A stretch of 64,000 nucleotides of DNA from positions 1,344,001 through 1,408,000 of the forward strand of contig CBDCWI010000002.1 of the NCBI GenBank assembly GCA_965223325.1, written 5' to 3'. Positions 9,868 to 18,412 of the stretch are shown piece after piece (positions within the stretch are counted from its first letter, which is position 1; the number at the start of each line of letters is the position of its first letter). The notes beneath the pieces were generated by a model that had not been told where the DNA came from, did no database searches, and was given only the letters and a program-made list of their open reading frames with translations. Made by a program: the position numbers and the translations under genes. The DNA comes from Candidatus Multivoradales bacterium. Its GTDB lineage: Bacteria; Acidobacteriota; Thermoanaerobaculia; Multivoradales; Multivoraceae.

Positions 9868-10050
9868 GCACCAGTGCGAAACGTAAGTCGCCGAAGGCGC
9901 GCACACGAAAGTGCGATGTGCGAAGCACGAGCGCACCCCTGCAGGCCCAACAAGGCCTCGACAGGTGTCAAGTCGAAGGGCACCAGTGCAAAACGTAGGT
10001 CGCCGAAGGCGCGCACACGAAAGCGCGATGTGCGAAGCACGAGCGCACCC
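9868..10050 (+). repeat. Tandem 112-bp-period repeat of REP-like mini-hairpins
   Basis: GCACCAGTGC..GTCGCCGAAGGCGCGCACACGAAAG.GCGATGTGCGAAGCACGAGCGCACCC at 9868 and 9980. Confidence 0.9.
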
Positions 10051-10080
10051 CCGCCCCAGCAAAGCCTGACACGGTGTCAG

Positions 10081-10233
10081 GTCGAAAGGGTGGGGGCGCA
10101 GGACGTGCGCCAGGGAGCGGTCAGCCGCCAACCATCAGCGCCAATCGTTCTCAACACTCAAACACTTCCACCAACCCGCACCACGCCCCAACCAAGGCCC
10201 GGCGCGGAAGGCGCACGTCCTGCGTCTCCACCC
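10081..10233 (+). repeat. Long hairpin element (family copy D)
   Basis: 24-bp arms 10088-10111/10210-10233 with two G-T pairs; shares GGAGCGGTCAGCCGCC (10114-10129) with copy C (reverse complement of 8304-8319). Confidence 0.85.
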
Positions 10234-10300
10234 GGCCCTTTCCAAGACCCTCCCGGTCCCACCAAGAATCAACCCAATCCCGCCGAAACAGAGACGAACG

Positions 10301-10365
10301 AGCAAGCAGATCAAGTAAGCGAATCAAGCAAGCAGATCAAGAAAGCAGATCAAGAAAGCAGATCA
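10301..10365. repeat. Five tandem copies of a 13-bp unit (AG.AAGCAGATCA) overlapping a stop codon
   Basis: agcaagcagatca/agtaagcgaatca/agcaagcagatca/agaaagcagatca/agaaagcagatca. Confidence 0.9.
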
Positions 10366-11603
10366 ACCAACGTCAACGCCATGACCTTGCAAGCATCAAC
10401 CATGTCAGCGACGCCCACCCATTCGTTGGGTTGGTGAGCCTGCTCCAAGATCCCCGGCCCGTAGGCCACACAGTGGTGCACTCCGCCGATCTTCGAAAAG
10501 TGCTTCTGGTCGTAGGTTCCCGGACTGGCAATCTGTGCCGCTTCGCGGCCCAGGACCGCTTCGATGTTCTTCGCCAGCGACGCCACCAGCGCCGAACCCT
10601 CTGGCGTCTGCGTCGGGTGGACCACCATCATGTCCTCGAGTTCGAACTTCCAGTCGGGATGCCGTGCCTCAACGCGAGCCAACAACTCGACGACCTCGGC
10701 GCGGGCCGCATCGAAACCTTCCTCGATCAAGAAGCGGCGATCGAAAATCGTTTCGCACCAATCGGCGACGCAGGGAGTCTGCGGGTCCTGGCCGCCCTGG
10801 CCACCGAGGACCGAGTTCACATTGATCGTCGCCTGCCGGGCCGCTTCAGGTACCACTGGCATCTCGCTGAAGCGCTTGGCTAGCTCTGGCTCGAGCTCTA
10901 AACGCACCGCCTCGAGGAGGGCGCCGGTCTCGGCAATGGCGTTCGTCCCCAGAAACGGCATCGACCCGTGGCCGATATGACCCCTTGCCGTGACCTTGAA
11001 CCAGTACACACCGCGATGGCCGACACAGATACGATCGACATTCAGCGGCTCGGGGATGATCGCGTAGTCGACGCGCTCAGAAGTCAAACGCCCGATCTCC
11101 GCCAGGTGCGCCACGCCGGCGAAGCCACCGCTCTCCTCGTCGACCGTGCCACTGATTTCGACACTGCCCCCGAGCTTTACGCCGGCGCGCTTGATCGCTT
11201 CGGCCGCATAGATTCCACAGGCCAGGCCGGCCTTCATGTCGGCGGAGCCGCGACCGTAGAGCCGACCGTCACACACCTCGCCGCTGAACGGGTCCATCGT
11301 CCACCCTGCACCGACCGGAACGACGTCGACGTGCCCGTTGATGTGAACCAGTGGCCGCGCCGCCCCGGCTTCGGCGAGGCCGACGACGTTGACACGAGGG
11401 TACTCCGCGCTGTGGCCGATACAGCCTTCGCCTACCGGGTAGTCGACCGCGTAGCCAAACGCGTCGAGCCGCTTGCCGATGTACTCGGCGCACTCGCGGT
11501 AACACTCACCGGGTGGGTTGACCGTCGGGATCTGGATCATCCCGGCGGCGAAATCAACGAGTTCGTCTCTCGCCTCTTCGACCGCTCTTAGAATCTCGTC
11601 CAC
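10350..11603 (-). CDS. M20 family metallopeptidase (ArgE/DapE-like deacylase)
   Basis: IPTVNPPG, NGHVDVVP, GRGSADMKAG, DEESGG, PEP, GHGSMP and AHQPNEW motifs. Confidence 0.9.
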   Translation of the reverse strand: MDEILRAVEEARDELVDFAAGMIQIPTVNPPGECYRECAEYIGKRLDAFGYAVDYPVGEGCIGHSAEYPRVNVVGLAEAGAARPLVHINGHVDVVPVGAGWTMDPFSGEVCDGRLYGRGSADMKAGLACGIYAAEAIKRAGVKLGGSVEISGTVDEESGGFAGVAHLAEIGRLTSERVDYAIIPEPLNVDRICVGHRGVYWFKVTARGHIGHGSMPFLGTNAIAETGALLEAVRLELEPELAKRFSEMPVVPEAARQATINVNSVLGGQGGQDPQTPCVADWCETIFDRRFLIEEGFDAARAEVVELLARVEARHPDWKFELEDMMVVHPTQTPEGSALVASLAKNIEAVLGREAAQIASPGTYDQKHFSKIGGVHHCVAYGPGILEQAHQPNEWVGVADMVDACKVMALTLVDLLS

Positions 11604-11771
11604 CCGTCCTCCACAGCGGCTTCCTTTTTCGTTTACAGCTACGGCTCTCCACCCGCCCGCCGACGAGCACTGTGGATTGCCCTCAGTCTGCGAAATGTTG
11701 CGCTACCCTACCAGCGCCAACCTTTCGCCCGACGAATCACCAACACCGGGACCAACACCAGAAAGAGCAAC

Positions 11772-12566
11772 ATGGCGACACAGAACACAGGGGTGAACTT
11801 CGGGCTCGGTGGTCGCACCGTGGCAGTGATCGGAGCGGGATCAGGAATCGGCAAGGCGGTCGCCCGCGGATGCGGCGCGCAGGGTGCAACTGTTGTGTGC
11901 CTCGACCTCGATGGCGACGCGGCCCAGGCCACCGCCGATTCGGTCGACGGTGAGTCCTACGCCCAGACGCTCGACATCTGCGACGGCGACGCCACGACGG
12001 CCTGTCTCAATGCGATCGCCGACCAGCACGATGGCCTCGACGGGGTCGCCTGCACGCCGGCGGTCAACGTGCGCAAGCCGCTGCTCGACTACAGCGACGA
12101 GGAGTTCGACCGGGTGATCAACCTCAACCTCAAAGGCGGGCTGCACGTCTTCCAGGCCGCCGGTCGACGGATGGTGAAACAAGGGCGCGGGAGCATCGTC
12201 ATGTTCTCTTCGATTCGATCGCTGGTCGTCGAGCCCGGCCAGGGCATCTATGCAGCCACCAAAGCTGGCATCGCGCAGATGGTGCGCACCTTCGCCTCCG
12301 AGCTCGGGCCCAAGGGCGTGCGCGTCAATGCGGTGGCGCCCGGGGTCGTCGAAACGCCGCTGACCGGTCCGATCAAGGAGCAGAAGGACTGGTACGACGC
12401 CTATGCAAACCGCAACATCATGAAGCGCTGGGCTGACCCCTCTGAGATGGCCGGGCCAACGGTCTTTCTGCTCTCAGACGCCGCGAGCTACATCACCGGC
12501 AGCGTCTTGTTCGTCGACGGTGGCTGGACGGCGATCGACGGTCGCTTCACGCCGCCTGGAATGTAG
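11772..12566 (+). CDS. Short-chain dehydrogenase/reductase (SDR)
   Basis: GAGSGIG, YAATK, VRVNAVAPG, VDGGW. Confidence 0.92.
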   Translation: MATQNTGVNFGLGGRTVAVIGAGSGIGKAVARGCGAQGATVVCLDLDGDAAQATADSVDGESYAQTLDICDGDATTACLNAIADQHDGLDGVACTPAVNVRKPLLDYSDEEFDRVINLNLKGGLHVFQAAGRRMVKQGRGSIVMFSSIRSLVVEPGQGIYAATKAGIAQMVRTFASELGPKGVRVNAVAPGVVETPLTGPIKEQKDWYDAYANRNIMKRWADPSEMAGPTVFLLSDAASYITGSVLFVDGGWTAIDGRFTPPGM

Positions 12567-12574
12567 GCCGGAAT

Positions 12575-13669
12575 CTAGCTTCGCTGGGCGACTTCAGACT
12601 CGGTTTCGGAAACCAGGCTCCACAGTTCGTCGCCGCCGGCGTTCAATGCACGCTGGCCGAGGTACTCGTGCCAGAACGACTCGTTACCGTAGTCGTCGCG
12701 CCATACCCACAGGCGGCGGGTGAACACCTGAAGCGCATGCTCGCGCGTGAAGCCAATCGCACCGTGAACCTGGTGGGCGATGCGGGTGACTGGAGAAACC
12801 GCTTCGCTAGCGCGCGCCTTGGCAGCCGCAACCCGCAGGCGCTCGACCGGTAGGAAGAGCCCGGCGCAGGCGGCGTCGGCCGCCACCCCCACCGCTGCAA
12901 CCTCGGCCGCCAGCTGGGCGATCAAGTGCTGCACCGCCTGGAACCGGGCAATGGCGCGCCCGAACTGTTCGCGCCCCTGGGCGTAGTCGATCGAAAGATC
13001 GAGCACCCTCTCCATCGCACCGGCGATCATCTGCGAACGGGCCGCCGCGGCCAGGCGAAGAATGGCGAAGCGATCCACTCCATCGATTGCACTGAGGTCG
13101 CGCCAGTCCGATGCCGGCACTGTTTGAGTGCAGAGGTCCCAGAAAACCCGCGGCTCGCCCGCCAGGTTGCTCGCCTGCGAGTCTCTTGCCTCCGCGGGAC
13201 GGTCAAAGAGTGCCACTACGTCTCCACCCGGTGCCTCGGCAACCACGACCCAACTTGCGGCATCGGCCGGCCAAGACACCCAGGCGCTACCGACGAGGGC
13301 GAGACCATCGGAACGCTCGACAGCGGCAATCGACTGGCCCGCCTCTCCCAGAACGAGCGCCAACGGCCCGGATGGGACCTCGAGTCCGACCTGGGTCAGG
13401 AGCCAACGCGCGAGCATCGTTTCCGCGAGAGGAAGCGAAACACCAAACGCACCCGCCAGGCGAAGAGGCGCCAGCGCGTCTTTGAGCGCCACCCCGGAGC
13501 CACCGTGTTCTTCCGGAACGGCGGCGCTCGGCAGGCCGTTGTCTTCGATCGCCTGCCACATTGCAGCCGGGAAGACACCCGCTGCAATGGCCTCTTGCAC
13601 CTCATCTTCGGGAGCGTCGGCAAAGAGTCGCGCTGCGCTTTCGAGCAGCAACCGCTTCATCGCTTCCAT
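12575..13669 (-). CDS. Acyl-CoA dehydrogenase family protein (truncated/partner subunit type)
   Basis: PEEHGGSG, REQFGRAIARFQAVQH, HQVHGAIGFTREH; lacks the canonical SEP..GSD segment. Confidence 0.85.
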   Translation of the reverse strand: MEAMKRLLLESAARLFADAPEDEVQEAIAAGVFPAAMWQAIEDNGLPSAAVPEEHGGSGVALKDALAPLRLAGAFGVSLPLAETMLARWLLTQVGLEVPSGPLALVLGEAGQSIAAVERSDGLALVGSAWVSWPADAASWVVVAEAPGGDVVALFDRPAEARDSQASNLAGEPRVFWDLCTQTVPASDWRDLSAIDGVDRFAILRLAAAARSQMIAGAMERVLDLSIDYAQGREQFGRAIARFQAVQHLIAQLAAEVAAVGVAADAACAGLFLPVERLRVAAAKARASEAVSPVTRIAHQVHGAIGFTREHALQVFTRRLWVWRDDYGNESFWHEYLGQRALNAGGDELWSLVSETESEVAQRS

Positions 13670-13682
13670 CGCGCTCTCCTGC

Positions 13683-14858
13683 TCATCGCAGCCGCAGCCC
13701 GCGCGCGATGATCCCGCGCAGGATCTCGGTGGTGCCGCCCTGGATGGTGTACGCCGGCGCCGCGATGATGGCGCGCTCGAGAAGGGTTACGAAACGCCTG
13801 CTCCGTTCTTGATCGAGTCCGTCTTCACCGTTGCAGATCGAGCGCGCCGCCTCGGGCAGTGCCTGCTGAAACGCGGTCCCGAGATCTTTGACCAGAGCCG
13901 ACTCGACGGCTGGCAGCTCACCGCGCTCGAGCATGCCCGCCACCGAAAGCGAGGCCGTTCGCAAGGTCCACAGGCGCGACACCAGAGCACCGACCGTGCG
14001 TCTGGCGCCGCCGGAGGCACCGCTGCCCAGAAGGTCGATCAGCTCCCGCAGCAACCACAGGTTGGTGAGGAAGCGCTCGGGACCAGCGCGCTCGTAGGCG
14101 AGTTCGCTGGTGACTTGTGCCCAGCCGTTGCCGGGCTCGCCCAGAACGCAATCACCAGGTACGAAGACCTCCTCGAAAACCACTTCGTTGAAGTCATGAT
14201 CGCCGCGCAGATTGATCACCGGACGAACCGTGACGCCGGTACTCCCCAGGTCGACCAGCATCTGCGACAAGCCCGCATGACGATTGCGACCGTCGGGATC
14301 CGGCGCCTCCGTACGGCACAAGACGATGCACCAGTCGGCGCGGTGGGCACTCGAGGTCCAGATCTTGGTTCCCGAGAGCCGCCAACCGTCACCGTCGCGC
14401 TCAGCGCGGGTCCGAATCGACGCCAGATCAGACCCTGAGTCTGGCTCGCTCATGCCAATACAAAACGAAAGCCGGCCGGCTGCGATCTCTGGCAGCAGGC
14501 GCTCCTTCTGTTTCTTCTGGCCGAAGCGCAGGATCACCGGACCGCTCTGCCGATCGGCCACCCAGTGGAAGGCGGTGGGTGCACCGGCCGCCAGTAGCTC
14601 CTCGGTCACCACGTAGCGTTCGAGGTAGCTGCGCTCGTGGCCGCCGTAGGCCTTGGGCCAGGTCATGCCAATGAAGCCGGCGTCCCCGAGGGCGCGACTG
14701 AGCGCCGGGTTCCATCCACCCCAGGAGCGATCGTCCGGTTGCCAGGTGCCGGCTTCGCGTTCAGAGGTGAGCCGTGCACGCAGTGAGGCGCGCAGCGCTT
14801 CGGTGGACTCGGGAAGCGCAGTGAGGGGAAACCTGAGGTGGGTCGCGGGAGACTTCAA
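13683..14858 (-). CDS. Acyl-CoA dehydrogenase family protein (FadE26-like catalytic subunit type)
   Basis: WPKAYGG, FCIGMSEPDSGSDLAS, GTKIWTS, FNEVVFE, LAYERAG, TIQGGTTEILR. Confidence 0.9.
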   Translation of the reverse strand: MKSPATHLRFPLTALPESTEALRASLRARLTSEREAGTWQPDDRSWGGWNPALSRALGDAGFIGMTWPKAYGGHERSYLERYVVTEELLAAGAPTAFHWVADRQSGPVILRFGQKKQKERLLPEIAAGRLSFCIGMSEPDSGSDLASIRTRAERDGDGWRLSGTKIWTSSAHRADWCIVLCRTEAPDPDGRNRHAGLSQMLVDLGSTGVTVRPVINLRGDHDFNEVVFEEVFVPGDCVLGEPGNGWAQVTSELAYERAGPERFLTNLWLLRELIDLLGSGASGGARRTVGALVSRLWTLRTASLSVAGMLERGELPAVESALVKDLGTAFQQALPEAARSICNGEDGLDQERSRRFVTLLERAIIAAPAYTIQGGTTEILRGIIARGLRLR

Positions 14859-14924
14859 GACCTTCGTCGCATCGGTGAAACGGTTGCAGACAACCTACCG
14901 CACCCGACCCGACGAACGATGCGC

Positions 14925-15956
14925 TCAGTCGCAGCGACGCAATCCGAAGGAACGACCCGGCAAGAGTTCAACCACCTGATCGGCCTGGTCGCTGAACAGA
15001 CCATCGACCTTGTAGACCTCGATGAAACGCCTGACTTCCGAGGCGAAGTCGTCGTGCCCCTTGCCCACCTGATCGGCGCGGAAGGTGTACGGGTGGACGG
15101 CCAGGCCACGCTCCTGGGCCGCGGCGACCATCGCGCGACCGCCGGTCGGCTCGCCGTCCTTCTCGATCAGAAGTTTGCTCGGGCCAATACCGTGGGCGTA
15201 GGTGGCGATGCGATCGAGACCTTCCGGGGTGACCATCGCTTGGCCTTCGGTCCCGTCACCCATCAGCTGGATGAGAGGCAGGTCGGTTCCCATCTCGCGC
15301 ATCTCGATCAGGTTGCCGGGCTCGAAGGACTGCACGAAGACGGCGGCGTCGGGGCCCTGGTAGCCATACTCGGCGAGCACTCGCAGCAGCTCCTTTTCGA
15401 GTTCTAGCCCCTCCCGATCATGAAAACTCGGCCCCTTGGTCTCGGGATAAACCCCCACCGAGCAGCCCGATTGGCGGTTGAGCTCCTGCACCATCTCGAC
15501 CACCTCGATGAAGGTGGGAACCTGAAAGCCCTTGCTGTCGGTGCGAAAGCGCTTACCGAAGACGGCCCGACCGAGCCGATCACGGCGCTCGGAGACGGCG
15601 AGTCGTTTGACCTCTTCGAGAGTGAAGTCGGCCGCGTAGTAGCGACCGTCGCCGCGTTTTCGGTCGGGGAACAAAAGAGCCACGTTGGTGGTGCTCTCGA
15701 GGTGAATGTCGTGCATGGCGATCAAATGACCGTCTCGCGTCATCACCAGGTCGGGTTCGATGAAGTCTGCTCCGAGGGCGTAGGCCAGGGCGTAGGAAGG
15801 CAACGTGTGCTCGGGCAGGTAGCCCGAAGCGCCACGGTGGGCTATCACCAAGAAGTCGGATGCGTGAGCCATCGATGTCACCCCTAGCAGAAGGAGGAAA
15901 AAGAGGACGGGCGAACGGAACGAAGTGGGGGCCCGGCGAAGGAGTGAAGCGACCAT
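14925..15956 (-). CDS. glpQ: Glycerophosphodiester phosphodiesterase
   Basis: IAHRGASGYLPEHT, IEPDLVMTRDG, MHD, YPETK, QSF, HPYTFR, DGLFSD; N-terminal signal. Confidence 0.9.
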   Translation of the reverse strand: MVASLLRRAPTSFRSPVLFFLLLLGVTSMAHASDFLVIAHRGASGYLPEHTLPSYALAYALGADFIEPDLVMTRDGHLIAMHDIHLESTTNVALLFPDRKRGDGRYYAADFTLEEVKRLAVSERRDRLGRAVFGKRFRTDSKGFQVPTFIEVVEMVQELNRQSGCSVGVYPETKGPSFHDREGLELEKELLRVLAEYGYQGPDAAVFVQSFEPGNLIEMREMGTDLPLIQLMGDGTEGQAMVTPEGLDRIATYAHGIGPSKLLIEKDGEPTGGRAMVAAAQERGLAVHPYTFRADQVGKGHDDFASEVRRFIEVYKVDGLFSDQADQVVELLPGRSFGLRRCD

Positions 15957-15995
15957 GAAAGGAGCCTACCCCGTCGACGGTGCCGGCGCCCCCCG

Positions 15996-18179
15996 CTAGA
16001 GCAGCTCCTCGATCACCGACAGAAGCTCCTTGGGGCGGTAGGGCTTGGCGAGAAAACGGGTCTCGGCGTGCTGGTAGCTGCCGAGGTCGATATCGCAATC
16101 GGTGTAGCCCGAGACGAAGAGCACGTTGAGGTCGGCCCGTTGCTCTCGCAGCTTGACGGCGAGCTCGGGGCCGCGCATGCCCGGCATGACGACATCGGTG
16201 ACCAGCAGATCGATTGCGCCCAGATCGACCAGCGCAGAAAGCGCTTCGTCACCGCTGGCGGCGCTGGCGACTTCGAGACCGGCCCCTTCGAGCACTCGGC
16301 AGGTGAGTTGCCGAATCTCTTCCTGGTCTTCGACCAGAAGCACCCGACCGTGCTTCTCTGTGGGTCGGGCAGATTCAGAGAAGAACGACTCGACCTCGGG
16401 GCGCGGCGCCCGTCGCTCGAGACAACGCGGCAGCCAGAAGATGACCGATGTCCCGGACCCCTCGGAGCTTTCGATCGCCACCGCTCCATGCCCCTGGCGA
16501 GCTACGGCGTTGACCGAAGCAAGACCGAGACCTGTCCCCTGCCCCGCCTCTTTGGTGGTGAAGAACGGTTCGAGGGCGCGCCGCTTGGTCTCATCGCTCA
16601 TCCCCTCACCGGTATCGGTAACCACCAGAGAAACGTACTCACCCGGCACGACACCGTGGCGAGCGGCCGTCTCACCGTCGAACTCTCTGACCGCAGTGCG
16701 AATCGTCAAGCGCCCACCACGCCGCAACGCGTCACGCGAATTGGTGGCCAGATTGATCAAGACCTGGCCGAGCTGTGAGGAATTCGCCATCACCCAACAG
16801 TCGGCCTCGGCGAGGTCGACCTCGAGCTCTATCTCTTCAGAAACCAGGCTGCGAAGAACCGGACTGGCATCGCGTACCAGCTGGTTCAGGTCGACGAGTT
16901 CCTCCTCCTGATCATGACGACGACCGAAGGCCAGCAGGTGGTTGGTCAGCGTGCTGGCCTGCGACGCGGCGTCTTGAATCTGTTGCTGCGCTTCGCTCGC
17001 GTCAAGCAGCTCGGTCCAACCGTAGATCACGGTCAGGAGGTTCTTGAAATCGTGGGCGACCGAGCCGGCCAGCTGCGCCACTCCCTCGAGCTTCTGCACA
17101 TCGACCAGGCGACGGGCCGCGGCGCGCTCATCGTCGATGCGACGCACACCGAAGAAGATCCTCGGACGACCATCTTCTGCCTGGTAGCCGCCACCAACGA
17201 TTCTCACCCACGACCAGCCGCCATCCTGACGACGGAGGCGCAGTTCGGTGTGAACAGGATGTAGGCCGTCGCGCGCGATCGCCAGGCGATCGGCGTCGTC
17301 GGGATGGACGAGACTGGTGACCGACCTTCCGACCAGCATGTCGTTGTCGTAGCCGAGACTGTCTGGTCCGACGGCAACACCAACCTGTTCGATGGTTCCG
17401 AACTCGTCGCTTTCGAGAGCCAGGTCGAAGCCTGCCGCAGCCACCAACTCGAGACGCCGACGGGCGACGTCGAGCAGGCGGTCGGAGTGACTGCGATGAG
17501 CGATCTCTTCGTCGCGCATGCGCTCGCTCCACCAACTCACTCCACCGATCACTAGAAGAGCCAAGCACAGCGTGACCGCTTCAACGCTGGGTGCGTCGAC
17601 ATAGGAGGCGGCCTCTTGCATCCCGAGAATCGGATAGGACAGGTTGACCAGCACCACGACCAGAACTGCAGCGGCGATCGAGGTGACAAGGACTAGACGA
17701 CGGCCGGCGAGGATCGCCGCCAGGGGCGGCAGCATCACCAGAAAGGCGAGAAAGTAGGGGTCACCCGAGTGCATGAAGTCGACCCCGATGGCCGTCGCGA
17801 TCACGATGAGTCCGAGGCTCACCGCGCCGTCGATCGAACCGACGACGACGAGAAGGAGAAGCGCAACCCCGAAAACGATCAGGCCGCCGAGGTCGACCAG
17901 CGAGCGCAGCGACCCGACACCGTCCCGATGCACGACCAGATCGATGAGCGAGAAGAGGCAGGCACCGAGCAAGCCAACCAGCACCGCCTGACCGCGACGC
18001 CGTGCCTCCGGCGGGACCCGGCCCAGGGCACCGTCGAGCCAGCGAGCCAGCGCGCCTTTGCGCTCTTGCTTCTGAATCGGAATGCGCGTGCTCGTCAGGG
18101 CCGCGGCGACGACTCCTGAGGGATCGCGGCCGACGCGGTGCAGGCGCGACTGGGTTGACTCTTCTGCGGGAGGGTTCAT
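15996..18179 (-). CDS. Membrane-bound hybrid sensor histidine kinase (TM-PAS-HisKA-HATPase-REC)
   Basis: VHPDD PAS; AHDFKNLL H-box; NLATNSRDA, DTGEGM, PFFTTK, GTGLGL; receiver DVVMPGM..KP; start re-called at 18179 (uncertain). Confidence 0.9.
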   Translation of the reverse strand: MNPPAEESTQSRLHRVGRDPSGVVAAALTSTRIPIQKQERKGALARWLDGALGRVPPEARRRGQAVLVGLLGACLFSLIDLVVHRDGVGSLRSLVDLGGLIVFGVALLLLVVVGSIDGAVSLGLIVIATAIGVDFMHSGDPYFLAFLVMLPPLAAILAGRRLVLVTSIAAAVLVVVLVNLSYPILGMQEAASYVDAPSVEAVTLCLALLVIGGVSWWSERMRDEEIAHRSHSDRLLDVARRRLELVAAAGFDLALESDEFGTIEQVGVAVGPDSLGYDNDMLVGRSVTSLVHPDDADRLAIARDGLHPVHTELRLRRQDGGWSWVRIVGGGYQAEDGRPRIFFGVRRIDDERAAARRLVDVQKLEGVAQLAGSVAHDFKNLLTVIYGWTELLDASEAQQQIQDAASQASTLTNHLLAFGRRHDQEEELVDLNQLVRDASPVLRSLVSEEIELEVDLAEADCWVMANSSQLGQVLINLATNSRDALRRGGRLTIRTAVREFDGETAARHGVVPGEYVSLVVTDTGEGMSDETKRRALEPFFTTKEAGQGTGLGLASVNAVARQGHGAVAIESSEGSGTSVIFWLPRCLERRAPRPEVESFFSESARPTEKHGRVLLVEDQEEIRQLTCRVLEGAGLEVASAASGDEALSALVDLGAIDLLVTDVVMPGMRGPELAVKLREQRADLNVLFVSGYTDCDIDLGSYQHAETRFLAKPYRPKELLSVIEELL

Positions 18180-18412
18180 CGAGGGCGGGTGAGGAATGGC
18201 GGAAGAAGGAAGAAGGAACGAGAAGGGAGGGGGGACGCGGCGGGGGCGAAGTGGCCGGACGCCAACCGGCAACTTGTAATCCTACTTGATGATTCGGTCC
18301 ATATTTGACTAGTAATTCTCCATTTACGAGCCAAACTGTGCCAACCGAAGTCATTTCGGCATCTTCGCTCAAGAGCTCAGTCGCCGGCTCCAAGCCAGCG
18401 GCCTAGAGCTGC

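Noticed and set aside
18270-18360. AT-rich patch as foreign DNA
   Set aside because: Short and directly upstream of the kinase gene, consistent with an ordinary promoter region
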